A stretch of 63,059 bases of DNA, the filler included, from Perkinsus chesapeaki ATCC PRA-425 (Eukaryota; Protista; Perkinsozoa): NCBI GenBank assembly GCA_013115145.1. It is 6 parts of 6 records of this genome, joined end to end, with 100 filler letters (N's around TTAATTAATTAA, not from the genome) between each part and the next. Parts side by side here need not be neighbours in the genome. Positions count along the whole stretch, not along the records: positions 1 to 27,635 come from JAAPAO010000489.1; positions 27,736 to 35,791 come from JAAPAO010000994.1; positions 35,892 to 47,446 come from JAAPAO010000844.1; 3 more parts are not named here. One strand, given 5' to 3'. The position numbers were made by a program, and so were the translations under genes. Positions 25,579-38,229 of this stretch are shown one piece after another (position 1 is the stretch's first letter; each line of letters begins with the position of its first letter). The notes below the pieces were generated by a model. The model saw only the letters and a list, made by a program, of their open reading frames with translations. It made no database searches and was not told where the DNA came from.

Positions 25579-27070
25579 TTAGAACATGCTCCAAGGAAGC
25601 ACATTGGGCATCATAGGACCAGAACTACCAAAAGCTGATGAGGAGCAACTGGATGGGATAGACGATTCGACGGACGGGGCAACCTGTAACGGAAGTCTAA
25701 CAGAAAAGTTACAGTAATTTAACTTTACTACCATTTGAGCGCCACTAGCCGACTTGCGATGCTTTCCCCCCTGATGCTGCTTCTCACCACTCTGTCTTCT
25801 GGTCTCTGAACCCTTGCTAGCTGTGACGCCGTGACGTCCCACTACCGCACCAGCTTGATGCTGATTGTTAGCAGAGGTTTTATGAGAATGCGGCGGGACC
25901 GCATAAGGAACCAAACATCCTTGAACAGGGTCAATCACCAAAGGCAAATACTCGGGATTTTTGATCCTGTGAACGCTGGCATTTCTGACCAAATTGTCGA
26001 GGTTCCTCTGAAGCCCCTGTACAACAGCCACAGAGATACTCAAACTGTTATTAACACCAGCAGCAGCCTCAGCAGCTGAGGCTGACATAGGAGGAGTGCT
26101 GCCGGGCAAGTGTAACTTATGGAATACAGATTTGAAGGCAGTTGCCAATGTTGGGTTGATGAAGTTGACAAAGGCATAACCGAGGTTCCTTCCAGATGAG
26201 ATATCCGTTGGAAGATAAAAGAAATCAAAAGTGCCCTCGAAACCACGAGAAGCGAGCTCCTGTATGAGCATACGTTGAGTGTATCTCTTAGGAACATTCC
26301 TGATCATCATTGTAGTAGGGCCACCAACACTAGAAGCCACATGGTTGTTAATAACAACCACCTTGTTGCTCTCAGCAGTGATACCAGAGTCGGAGAGAGC
26401 AGCGGGGCTCTTAGGGCTCTTGGGGTCATCCAACTCACCGATGGCAGGAGTACGGCTGCAGCTTGCAACACGATTTTGACGGCGAGCCTGAAATGGAGAA
26501 TAATTGTTGATGAAAACGATTAAAACGTACCTTCCTCCGCCTGGCAGTAAGGCTCATGCCATTCGCATCGGCAGCCTTGTGTGGATGAGTCGGTGGCTGG
26601 CTAGTAGAGTTGATGGTGGGAAAGAAGTTGTAGAGATCAAGAATGCTAGCGGGCATCTCGATAGGGACTTCAGTGTTGTTACCAGCAACGGCAGTCAAGT
26701 CGTTGCAAGAGGATGCACTGGTGGATTGAGGAGATAGATCACCATCATCAAGAGGACGAGAGATTGGAGGACATGCCTGTTGACCTGATACGAAGATACC
26801 ATACTTATTCACCTTTTGTGAATCTTGCAAGGTTGAAGCTAAGATACTCTTCTTACCCTGCATGAAACCTCCATTTGAAGTAGTATCGACCTGTGCGGCC
26901 CTAGTGCTTCGAAGGAGCATTCTAATGTATGCTTGATCCTCAGGGGATAAAGCATCCATCAAATTCTTAAGGTCAACATCATCATTGTCAATATCATCAA
27001 ATGTTGTTGATCCTCCTCGCCAAGCGTTAGCAGCTGTACTGTAGGGGTCTAGGGGAGCTGCGGTCATCAT
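25579..27070 (-). CDS. Mei2-like RNA-binding protein (C-terminal RRM3 / RRM_2 type)
   Basis: PTTMMIRNVPKRYTQ...FDFFYLPTD...NLGYAFVNF...VVQG. The 43-nt GT-AG intron 26488-26530 joins the two ORFs in frame (RRRK|ARRQ). Confidence 0.88.
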
Positions 27071-27571
27071 TTTATTACAGGAGATTGGATTTATGAGAAT
27101 CCTTCTACACCAAGGTAGAAATACTAAAAATTCAAGCAATAACAACAACATCAACCTTCAATATTCAATACTGACCAGCCCCTTGACCACTTGACTTGCA
27201 CGCTACTCATTTCTCCGCGCGCCCGTTAATGACCGCGCGCCAGGAAACTTCCACGACGACAGAAACGTTGGTGACGCCGCAACAGCTTTGACACTGAACA
27301 TGTCTTTTAATCTTAATGACAACGGCCCCGACTGAAATCACACTCGAAAGTTTTGGAAGCATTTGATGTGAACTTAAAACTACATTATTAGACATCCAGC
27401 ACGGTTCGAACCTCGCAGCACTCACCAATGGTTTTATAATGCTATATGAGAGGGCTTAGGCCAACGTGAACGACTCGACCCCAAACTGCCTAATCAACAA
27501 GACGGCTCAAAAAATAGCGGCTTTATTACCTGCGTATAGATCAAAAAATAAAAACATAAATTCCGACTCAG

Positions 27572-27635
27572 GGTCTTATAGTGTAGTGGTTAGCACTCTG
27601 GACTTTGAATCCAGCGACTCGGGTTCAAATCCCGA
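27572..27635 (+). tRNA. trnQ-UUG: tRNA-Gln (anticodon TTG), 3' end truncated by the contig end
   Basis: GGTCTTA-TA-GTGTAGTGGTTAGCAC D-arm; anticodon arm CTGGA-CT[TTG]AA-TCCAG (anticodon 27605-27607); T-arm TCGGG-TTCAAAT-CCCGA. Confidence 0.93.
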
Positions 27636-27735
27636 NNNNNNNNNNNNNNNNNNNNNNNNNNNNNNNNNNNNNNNNNNNNTTAATTAATTAANNNNNNNNN
27701 NNNNNNNNNNNNNNNNNNNNNNNNNNNNNNNNNNN
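27636..27735. other. Artificial contig linker N44-TTAATTAATTAA-N44
   Basis: An identical 100-nt linker with stops in all six frames occurs five times in the window. Confidence 0.99.
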
Positions 27736-27789
27736 TGTTCTCGCAGTACGGCGGGCTAGATATGGCTGAGAAAACCTGCCTATCCTCAG

Positions 27790-27939
27790 ATCCTGTGCGA
27801 TGACCGTCACGAGAGCAATGCAACTATATCGGAATTCTTAGTTGAGCTTGATCTTGGTGGAGGCTATTACTCTTCCATCGCACTTAAGAACATCGAAGAG
27901 CGCAGTGTGACAACAGTCGTTATAAAAGGAGCATTTTGA
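27790..27939 (+). CDS. Possible terminal exon of a gene truncated by the contig start
   Basis: CAG acceptor followed by a 49-codon open frame (ILCDDRHESN...VVIKGAF*). Confidence 0.3.
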   Translation: MLCDDRHESNATISEFLVELDLGGGYYSSIALKNIEERSVTTVVIKGAF

Positions 27940-28375
27940 TCGTTCTTAGTTATTATAACTATGTTATCTATCCGGAGCCTGCTATAAAGCCGCTTAGTTT
28001 GTATGCTTTGATTGTACCAACTGCAGTTTACGGCGGTTTAGCTTTTTCAACATTAGCCCTTCTTGAGTCCATGCTTCTTGTCGAATCGGGCGAAGTCGCG
28101 TTTTGGAGTAGATAAGGCAGGTTAGGTCACAGAAGATTATGAACTGGAAAATATACACCAGAGTCGACCGAATTTTATCTAAATTTAAAAGGCAACACGT
28201 AGGTATATTGGTAAATTACTGGGCGTAGCTGCTGGAAAAAATTCCTGGGGCCCAAACTGGTCTACCTCATGTCAATAAGGATAAATGATTAACTAACTGA
28301 ATCGCCAGACGAGATCTGACTAATCAGCGCCCGTCCTCCCAGCAGTCCTCCTCAACTTAGTCGTTTGTACCTACC

Positions 28376-31300
28376 ATGAACAGTGATACTGCGCATTTCA
28401 CCCTCTGCGACGATATAATACCGTCCAGCTACTGCCGACAGGTAAGATCGTTCTTTCTGGAATGATTTAGAAAGATGTCAACAATCGATAGCCAGGCCCG
28501 TGATTCAGTTCACTCGGAGGCCAGACTGGTCTCATCACTTTTATCACAACGGAGGCTTCCATCTGAGCCTTGGACGGAGCAGGAGATCAGATCCTTCCTT
28601 CTCAACATTTCATCTTGGGATACTAATAACTTCAAAGGTAGCTCCGCCGCTCTCTATAGCGTCTGAACCATCATCTAGCTCTCAACTTTCATCGCTTGTC
28701 GGTTCTTCAGATAACATAGGAGTTGGTGAGCGTGAAGGGCGCTATGTTTCCAACTTGGTATATGAGCGTAACTTTGGTCTCATGCATGGCATCGGCCGGA
28801 GTGGGGTAAGTATCATCGCAGCGGGAAGATCCCGCTATAATATAGATCCACCTCTCGATCCCGTTATGAACTGAAATCAATTATAAATTATAGTTGATTT
28901 TTCTACGATTTTAAAATTTGCGTTTCTCATCAACCCCGAACATCGTTATAGACCTCATACTGTTATGAAGCCAACTTCATGAGATTTTTATCGCCAACGG
29001 TGACCGCGAGCGATTGACGCGGTTTACGATGCTTTGCCATTCTTGTTGCCAAGAAAACTGCTTCACTGAATCCAGAGGTTTAGTCGGTACATTGTTGAAA
29101 AATGATCGTTCGACGTTTTCAGTGCATTCCCTTGTTCAGGACATCGCTGCCGTTCAACCCAAGGCAGCCGGCAGCAGCTTGATACTTCGCCTCACCAGAT
29201 ACTTGGTTGCTGATGCAATAAGACTTGCGGGTGAGATAATAGCACTGCCTTCATAGTATAGCCTCTTTAGAATTCTACGCAGAGGTGCGAGCCGCGTGCC
29301 GGATCACTGGGGCTCGTAATTCCTCGTAATTTACGAGTCGTAAAAGCAACCCTATCGAGCCACTGGCTCGGAGCCAGAGCACATAGCAGTATAATCTCTT
29401 GCTTTCTGTCACCATTGCTCATTACGAGACTCATAACTGCCTAGCCTCACATCTAACGTTGACCAAGTTACCAGCTTGGAATGTCGTGTCTCGATAACAA
29501 GGGATCTAAGGGCTGAGTCAAGCTCGCATCCGCTAATGGATAACTACCATATATATAATTGGATATACAGTATTTTGCTGTCAGTGAGCTATACTACTAC
29601 CTCACTGTATTGTCGGAGTATCAATGATACGGGGTTAACGACACGTACACCGAAAACCCGTATCCCTATCATGACAAGTTTTCAACCCGAATTTAAGTCG
29701 CGTACAGGTGACAGGGACGTTCCCCTTGGCGCAACAAGTCACTGTATTAGGCTAAAGCTTCGCTGCGTGCGGTCGTTGACTCTACGAGGCCTTCCACAAC
29801 ATCAGTGTGGAGTATTGTCTGCCGTACCTTTCCTATTATGAACTCTCTGGCTGTTAATGATTGAGTGTACAACGGAGGCGCTGCGGATTTCGATGGCGTG
29901 TATTCCGTAGCTGGCTATGTACATGCGGATTTCGATGGCGTGTATTCCGTAACTGGCTACGTACATGCGGATTTCGACGGCGTGTATTCCGTAACTGGCT
30001 ACGTACAAGCCGTTACAACGGCTGTGATACAATGTATCTCAGCCCTCCAGAGGAGCCGACAGGCTTCTGGTCCTCGAGATGAGCAGGCTGATGCTCGGAG
30101 CTGCAGAGAGTGGCGCAAGATACCCTGGGTCTTAAGGTTGTTATTGTGAACTGAGACAACCTTCACCCGCGATGATCAGAATGGATATTGGCACCGTGTG
30201 TGGTTTAGCACACGTCGAACTGTGTTTGTGATCGTCACTGGACTCCGCCAAACGGAGATTCCAGTAAGGCTCGAGGTTCATGGCCAAGCATGGAATGGTT
30301 CTATAACCCATGATGCGTTTGTTATCCCTACTGCCGAGGAGAACAATATAAGCTCATAATACCAGTTACCCAGGTTTCTAAGGATCAATGATTCTCAGTC
30401 TCGTAATTATTGCCTTAGAATGAATTCGACCAATTTCGTTGATGAGTTTGTCACTCGAGTAAACCAATTTCGCTTCGCTATAGGTCACCTCAGTGCGCCA
30501 CACTGTGTAACACAAACTGTGTTAACTGTCCATGAGGCAGCTCGCTCTTTTACTGGCCATCAACTTCCGTGTCAGGAATCCCTTCTCTTGTCAACGATGT
30601 CTCCAAGGGGTCGCCGTGTCTTTTGCCGGTGGCGACTGGTATGGCTATCACTCTTGTCTTGCTTGCTGTAATGAAGAGGCAGAAGTTGGTGCATTCAAGT
30701 GCCAAGTGAGTCTGTCGGAAACTGAAAACTACGAATCATAGATCTCCGGTCCTTCGCGTGTCATCATTATCGTTCGTAGCCAGTAGCTTATAGCTGAGGA
30801 CCTTAGATCTACTGCGCGCGTGGTTGAGAGTCTCAGGCAGAGTACCTCGTTCCTGCACCTCGTATAGGAACCAAATTTACCTCTGAAAAATCCTTTCTCT
30901 CGATAAACACATCCCGCGCGACTATTATAGGCGAATGCTTGCTCTCAGGTACGTTGTGTGGTCTAGAATAGATCAAAAAAGCTGTTTAAAAGCTATGCAA
31001 CTTGCTGGGCTGGAGGTGGTGAGTGTCGACCAGAAGCCCTCTGACTCGCCGAATGAACAAGGCTTGGTCACAGATGTTGACGCCATTCGGGAAAAGGTCC
31101 TTTACCACTTATCTGGCACCTCAGTACCACCTTACAGGTTCTATCCCTGGGAGGGGCCGACTCAGTGGTTGCTATAATTGGCACAACATCAACTTTTGCA
31201 CCGCGGAGCCCGGATGATATACCCGCCCTCGGGAGGATTGCTAAAGAGTTCGACGTAAACTACCATTACCGTAAACTTACCACATAAGAATGAGACTGTT

Positions 31301-32473
31301 GTATCAGGTCCCTCTTGTAGTCAACAATGCTTACGGCCTGCAATGTACCAAATGCTGCTCGTTGATAGAAGAGGCTAACCGAGCCAAGGACTCTCGGGCA
31401 GGCATTTAAATGCGAATTGGAAGGATGTTGTCAGCTTCAGGTGGACGCCGTCGTGCAAAGCACAGATAAGAACTTTCTTGTGCCCATCGGAGGATCCATC
31501 GTTATCGGCCAAAATGACCTTGTTAGTGCAGTCGGAGCCGGGTATGATATAGCTGCGATTGGGAGCCCTAGTACATCCAAACTTCAAGTGTCGTGCTAAG
31601 TTAGGTATCCGGGACGCGCTAGTATGTCACCAATACTCGACATGTTTATCACATTGATGACCTTGGGAAAATCAGGCTGGGTGTCCATGTTAAAGAAGAG
31701 GAGGGACATGTATAAAAGTTTCAAGCTAAGATTGCAGAAATGGACTTCAGAGAGAGGCCTCAGAGTCCTTGAGGTGTGCTGCTAGTATCAGCCTGCTACT
31801 ATTGTATATTATTCTGGTTTGGGGCCCTCCTCTACGTTCTTAACTCTGAGCGTTCCCATGGCATACGAAAAACAAGCTTCGGAAGTACCACCGTTTTCTA
31901 GGTGCCATGGAACAGAATATCGTTGGCTATCGACCTGTCATCATTGGAACTCCAGTCCGGAAGTGCAGCAACTGAGGTAATCTGTCAGCTTTGAAAACCC
32001 CTTGACTCGCAAGTACTGGGACAACAGTTACACTGAAAAGCCGATAAGCGGCTGTATGTTGGCAGTGCCAACTTGGCACTTACCCTCTAAACAGCTGTAT
32101 CTTTTCAGCTCGGAAGTGCACTCTTCACGCGCCGCGTCAGCGGACCTCGCGTAGTCTTGTGTGATGCTGGAGAAAGCAAAAACATTGGTGGGATGGTTTT
32201 TAGTAACTACGGGAGCCACAGCGAGAATTATCTAGCAGTAAGTGGAGCCTCTATCTTCCTCATGCATTCTCATTTTGCGAAACAGTAAAATGTACCCTCT
32301 CTCAAGCTAAGCCTCTGTACCCTCTGTGTTCGCTTTAGGCGAAAAGCTACATGACCTGCGCTTGCGCAATAGGGTGCGAGGAGCGGGAACTTGATGAGTT
32401 TTTGAATCGCTTTGACGCCATCTTGAAGGAACTCCGAAGGCGCAGGGTCTCTCCGGTTGAGAGGAAAGTCTAG
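28376..32473 (+). CDS. SEPSECS: O-phosphoseryl-tRNA(Sec) selenium transferase (SepSecS / SLA-LP), multi-exon
   Basis: MNSD...YCRQ|ARDS, DTNNF, GVGEREGR, HGIGRSG|DIAAVQPKAAGSS, LPVATGMAITL, AK|YVVWSRIDQKSC, TTSTFAPRSPD, VNNAYG, PLP-Lys motif VQSTDKNFLVPIGG, YPGRAS, LGSALFTRRVSGPRVV, CAIG. Stop at 32471-32473. Confidence 0.96.
29882..30007. repeat. Three 42-bp tandem repeats inside SepSecS intron 4
   Basis: Unit TGCGGATTTCGA(T/C)GGCGTGTATTCCGTA(G/A)CTGGCTA(T/C)GTACA at 29882, 29924 and 29966. Confidence 0.95.
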
Positions 32474-33185
32474 ATTTCATCACTTCCGCTAATTCTCGAG
32501 TTCATTCGATGCTTTTTGTTGTTAATTCATAACTCGATTATAGTTGGCCCATTGGGCCAGGCCCAACCGAGTCAGGTTGCTTGTCCGCTATCATTCTGCA
32601 TGATTCATGCAGACGATCACACATACATGGTATGTACAAATCGTACAGTGGCTGACGTGTGGGTTCGCAAATTAACAAGCGGGCCAGCTCGGGTACCTTG
32701 TAATCTAATGTATCTCTTGATAAACAGATCCCGATATTTCTAATTCACTGAGCGAAATTCTCACAATTCTAAGAATTGAATTCTTGGCGCCTGTTTGAGA
32801 ATACGCGAGAATGCATTTTCTCGCACGGCGGGATTTATCGATTTGTTTTATGTCAGCATTAAGGATGTCACCAATGCCGATATGTCGGCAAGTTCCACTC
32901 TGAAAAACTCCGGCTCTGTAACTCGATGAAGTGTGATAAAGTGAGACGAGGCTCAATTGTCGGCACGCCTAGCGCTCTGCGCGATAAGTCGATCACGCGA
33001 TCGATAGTCGATTGTAGATAACTGATACACAAGCGCAGGCACTAACGCGCAGAGATTGGTAACAGTAATTCCGGAGCGAGCGAAGCGAGCCGCCCCGCTG
33101 CGAAGCATATACTCCAACAACAGGCACATTCGCGTTGTGCGTGCGTTTCCGGATGAATTATTTTGCAACATCCTAGAACCAAGTA

Positions 33186-34965
33186 TCACCAAAGTCCTTC
33201 TCCCGTCTGGCCCTTCGTTGGACGAAGTGCGTCCTGGATACCAACCCACCATCTACGCCGCACCTCGACAACCTCTTAGAGTGCGACAGAGACGACTTCC
33301 GCCACCACAAGGTCCTCTGGTTGGTACCCTAGTAGGGTAACCCTACCTATACATAGGCCCGGAGAGAACCAAGCTCCCTACCCTTCAAGGTCTTCTCAAC
33401 CAAGTCGTACAAGACCCACCACCGCTTGACCTCCCCGTTCCCAAGCCAACGCAGGTTTACTCCTCTCACGTGCACCTTTCCCTGGTACAGCACAAACTGA
33501 TAATGCAGCCCACGGTCTTCACTCCACATCAGACGCCTGGGATATGTACTCCGAGTATTCCGTTGGTTATCATACCGTCGCCGACCTCAACATGAACAAC
33601 TACACAACTGATACTACACATACTTCACCAGCCAACGGAGTCGACCATCTTGCTAACACACCATCTTCGAGGCCCAGTCAACCAGTCAAGGTTGAATTCT
33701 CATTTACACACGACCATCTTCAAGGTCAGTCGAGGTACCAATTTGGTACACATAAAACACGTTCGACCTGTTGGCCGCCCAATCATTACTCTGATCGAGT
33801 GGTTCGTTCCCTATCATTCCTACTGCTTTTAGCTATTTGGTAGCTATTCGCCTGGGTTACTGGGTAACTATGCCACCACTACATGATGATCAAAGATTAG
33901 TTTCATGCCCCTGGCTTGCTGTGCTGTCCACAGACTGAGCTCCGGTGGTAGCCCTAACATATCTTTGATTATACTTGATAATAAGAATCTTCTGTATAAA
34001 TTGCGAGCTGCGACAGTGCCTGCCTGTTGTGCGTTTCTATAATTTCTTCCTTGTTATCTAAATAGTCTTCTACTCACACGAGATAGCGATTACCGCTTCC
34101 TGATCAAACGACTCTCGAAGGACGATTAATCTGGTAATTCTTCTTTGTTCAACACGGCCAATGAGGAACGAGAAGGCTCAGTCTTGCTCAGTGTACTCTC
34201 GCATAGGGAACATGTACGCATGTACAGCAGGGTGCGTGAAACGACAGGCCCTGCCCTCATAACGATTTATTGCGAAAAACTTTCTTGAATTGAGACATAC
34301 CAATCGGAAACGTTCGTTCGAGGACAATGATTTTTTGGAGAGCCATTCCGCTTCTACTTTACGCACGCATAGAAGGAGGGCTCTGCCCTCGGCACGCACA
34401 ATCACTGTGCCACAATCCTCCATTTTACAGGCGGCGAAGGGCAGTGGATAGCCGATACGTAACTGCTGAGCCATCCGCTAGGGAGATGCCTACATTCACC
34501 ATTAATTTTATCTTCGATCGCACTGGGCTTTGCTGTGGTGACGAACTTGGTGTTTAGCTGCTTGAAGTTGGTTTGCGAAGAACGACTTCTCAGTCTCGGT
34601 CGCCATCGAACTCTCCTGAGCGTACTTTGTTTTGAACTTGCAAGCAGTTCTGAGGTGGATATTTTTTAGTCTGGGAAGTCGGTCTGATGCATAGAAGAGG
34701 AGCTCGCTGTCTGGCAGCCCGCCACTCACCCGACGGCCACGGCAGTGTTCATGCGTACGCTGAAGAAACACACATGCGCTAAGGTGACTGGGTGAACTAT
34801 TAAGATGTAAGTTTCACCAGATTCCTAAGTGTTGTACGATTCGCTCCTCATAACTATCTTCTTGATTATAGCAATTGTAAAGGGAACTCACTTGGTGGTG
34901 GTTAATGCGAATGTCCATTCCGCTGAATCTAGCCGCTTACGTAGGACTTCAAGTGTATCTGTCAT
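33186..34965 (-). CDS. One or two uncharacterised multi-exon genes
   Basis: Splice-bounded protein-like segments MTDTLEVLRKRLDSAEW, MAQQLRIGYPLPFAACKMEDCGTVIVRAEGRALLLCV, YPRRLMWSEDRGLHYQFVLYQGK|VKRWWVLYDLVEKTLK|GYQPEDL. The full chain could not be phased. Confidence 0.35.
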
Positions 34966-35791
34966 ATGCTAGTTGCTCGAGCCCTCCCAGTAAAGATTAG
35001 TATTTTGATAACCGATGCATCCTATCCATTTTCTATATCTCTTCATCTCCTGCTGGTCCATATGTATGTTTAATGGTTGCAGCGAGCAGTCTCCCAATAA
35101 TGAGGGGAATGCGGTAACAAATATAACAGCCACCGGGTGAGGCCGCTAGATAATACTGTAGAGTGAATAGGTCTCGCTGGCTACGCTTAAAGTAGTAAGT
35201 TTCACTGACCCGCTCTATATTGAATTTCCGTTGGAATTATTGCCTCCTAAATCTGCTTATTGTATGTCATGGTGTATTCGCAGTGCAGTTTAGTTATGTA
35301 GTAGGCATGTAAATATCGGCGTCTAAGATGCCGCATCTTGCGTGCGGCCGCTAAACACGTTTGACTGAAACGGTTTGAGGAGTTTTGTGAAGGTTATAAA
35401 CTGCAAAGGTCACAAGGGGTCAAATAAAGTGGCATAACTCCTCCTGCGTTATGGCAGTAGAATCCTCGCTTCAGGGTGACTACTACTCCGAGTGGTAAAA
35501 AATGGGCATCTGTGGATGTCGAGGTCACCAATGGCGCTGCAAGATATGCAAAAATCAAGCTGAAGACAGGTAGGCATTGCTGTTGATTTGCTAAGTACTT
35601 TTACATAAACCTCTAAGCTTAAAACGGATCTCTTTATCAGATTCAGTGAGCACCTGGCCAATCATAGGCTATGGAGGGTCGGTTATCGAGAGGACTGGTA
35701 ACGAGATCAAGCAACTTAACGATGCAAAAAGAAAGGAGTTCATCGATGCGTAGATACAGTCCAGGAAAGTCATCCGTTGGAATTATTATCA

Positions 35792-35891
35792 NNNNNNNNN
35801 NNNNNNNNNNNNNNNNNNNNNNNNNNNNNNNNNNNTTAATTAATTAANNNNNNNNNNNNNNNNNNNNNNNNNNNNNNNNNNNNNNNNNNNN
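35792..35891. other. Artificial contig linker
   Basis: N44-TTAATTAATTAA-N44. Confidence 0.99.
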
Positions 35892-35995
35892 TATGTGACA
35901 GTATTATTAACTGTAGTATGTGAGACAGTATTATTAACTGTAGTATGTGAGACAGTATTATTAATTGTAGTATGTGACAGTATTATTAACTGTAG
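35892..35995. repeat. 25/27-bp minisatellite TATGTG(AG)ACAGTATTATTAACTGTAG, 4 copies at the contig edge
   Basis: Units at 35892, 35917, 35944 and 35971. Each contains a small ACAGT..ACTGT inverted repeat. Confidence 0.93.
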
Positions 35996-36847
35996 TATCT
36001 GGTTGTGCCCTAATGAAGCTGTACCCAGAGATTCATAAAGTCAAAAGAGTAGCACTGGAAACCCGAACACTTTACAATGCCGGCATGTCGTTAGCCAAAG
36101 ATTTCACTCTATCCATTTTCAGTTCTTCAGCATTCGCCTTGTACTTTTCTGCTGCTCGTTGATATCTACGACTCCTTTGCAGCACCTCACAAATACAACA
36201 ACTAGTCCTACACTGTCGAACAATGCTCACCTTATCCCTGAAATCAGCAGTAGATACTTCCGCGGGAGATCCTGAAACTCCAGCTCAACATTCACAACCA
36301 TTGTATACAAAGTAATGCCCCCAGCGGTTTCATGAGTATACATGCCAACATGACGTAGGTTTTCAAGTTAAGTAGAATGGTAGTATATTATCTGGTAATA
36401 TCACCACATCCGTGGTACTGGTGTGAGAGTGTTATGGTACGGATTCTATACTACATTGTACATTGTATTACTATTGTATAACCCCCTCACATCAGTTGCT
36501 ACTGATATCGAATATTCTGTTCATTGCGGGAGATACCAACAGCGGGTAATTTAGGTACCATATTGTAGACGTATAATACATCATCTGTCGTATAGTAAGC
36601 GGGCAAATCGCACTCTTTGAGCAAACATGTACTGTATGGTGATTCGAATTCATAATGCCCTAAACAGCACTCCGGCATTATTGCAATACCAAACAGCTAG
36701 TGACGTTGTCGACAGTAGCCGTCATTAACTTGGCCTACTCGTTCTCTCCCGACGAGGACGTTCCCTTGCAGCCACTGCGGCTTCACGAGCAACCGTCCAT
36801 CTGCATGCTGATTCGCCTGAGTACGTAAAGCGTAAAATTGCCCCTCA

Positions 36848-37899
36848 TCACGCTCGAGTCGTGGGTTCGAGCTGACACTGACTTCTAGGCGCCGGGCTGT
36901 CTGATCGTCTAGCTCTTCCATCAGACCATGTTTCAACACCACTGAACATATGCTTTGCCAGCCTAGTAGATGCTGACTGGTCTCGCGCTCGGAGGACCTG
37001 GAAGCATACCTAGGAGCATTCAACTGTCGATGTTAGACGACATAGCGAAAAGCTTAGCAGCAACCGTACCGAAGAACTTTTACAGATCAAATGGCGAATA
37101 TCACTGCATGCAAAACATACAATATACGATGTAAACAGGAAAGAATATAGCTTATCCATACGAATGACAGCAACAAGTACTAGCTAACTTCGAACAACGG
37201 CAACTGTGTTTTTCCCATTACGACTGCCTCGTCGAGCAAGTGTCTCGCCAGAGCGCTATCAGGGTCAACTTCGAGCATTGCTTTGGCATGGCGTTCGACC
37301 TCATCCCAGTCACGTAGTTCCTTGTAGCACAGAGCCATTCGATACCTGAAAGCCCTTCCAACATAAATTGCCTTCTCCTTGATACAAATACTGCATGGCA
37401 AGGTTCCAGAAATGACCGGTGCCGAACGTGAGTATTGAAATAAGGGCCATGTTGATCTTACTAAGAATGGCCGCCAGTAAGGGAAGTCCTAACCTATGTT
37501 CAAGGTCGCTCAGAGAGTAAGGGGATGCCCAAGCTGCGGCGAAGCTACTAACCCGATTCACAATGGGATACTTACAGTGTCTTCAAGAGTACTTCAGGGT
37601 CATCGTCTCCACCAAGTAAGATGCACCTAAGCGCTCGTATCCCCTCACGAGGCTCGCGACATTTGAGGTGCGCCATGCCGAGGTTGAGATAAAGTGATCT
37701 TTCAAGCTCCCAGTCCGGAACTTGTTCGCCCTAAAACCATCACATTAGCTATTCAGTCCAGGGCACTCTTCTCTACTTCGTTTTCACCCGAACCATCAAG
37801 CATTTCGACAGCTTGGCGCCAGCAAACCGCGGCTTGTCCGTATTCACCATTCTTGTAGTTGACAAGCCCTTCCTCCTTCAGTGCCCGACAGGCGTCCAT
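36848..37899 (-). CDS. TPR-repeat protein (FKBP/cyclophilin co-chaperone-type TPR triplet, no PPIase domain seen)
   Basis: MDACRALKEEGLVNYKNGEYGQAAVCWRQAV..|..SLYLNLGMAHLKCREPREGIRAL..KTL|YRMALCYKELRDWDEVERHAKAMLEVDPDS..LFE|VLRARDQSASTRLAKHMFSG. The 3' end is uncertain. Confidence 0.75.
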
Positions 37900-38229
37900 A
37901 TCAGAGTAAAATTACACGTTTGCAAAAAAAAGTTACTCAGGAAGACCGTCCGCCAGAAACGATTGAACACGAGATATGAACTATGCAGCTCTGTTCAGGT
38001 AGTAGCAGAGCATGCTAAGTAGCCAGTGCCGGTTGGGCCAGCAGGCTATTATTGTCAAGAATACTGCGAGTGTGTTTATTATAGACAGACTGAGTAGCCA
38101 GTGGTATATAACTCCCAGCCCGCAGCGCGCTTGAACTCTGAAGTTTAACTAGCAACTCGGATGCAATTTTCCAAGTTGAACTAGCTCAACCCGGCAGTAA
38201 TCATGGGGAAATATTAGAAGATATTGTAA

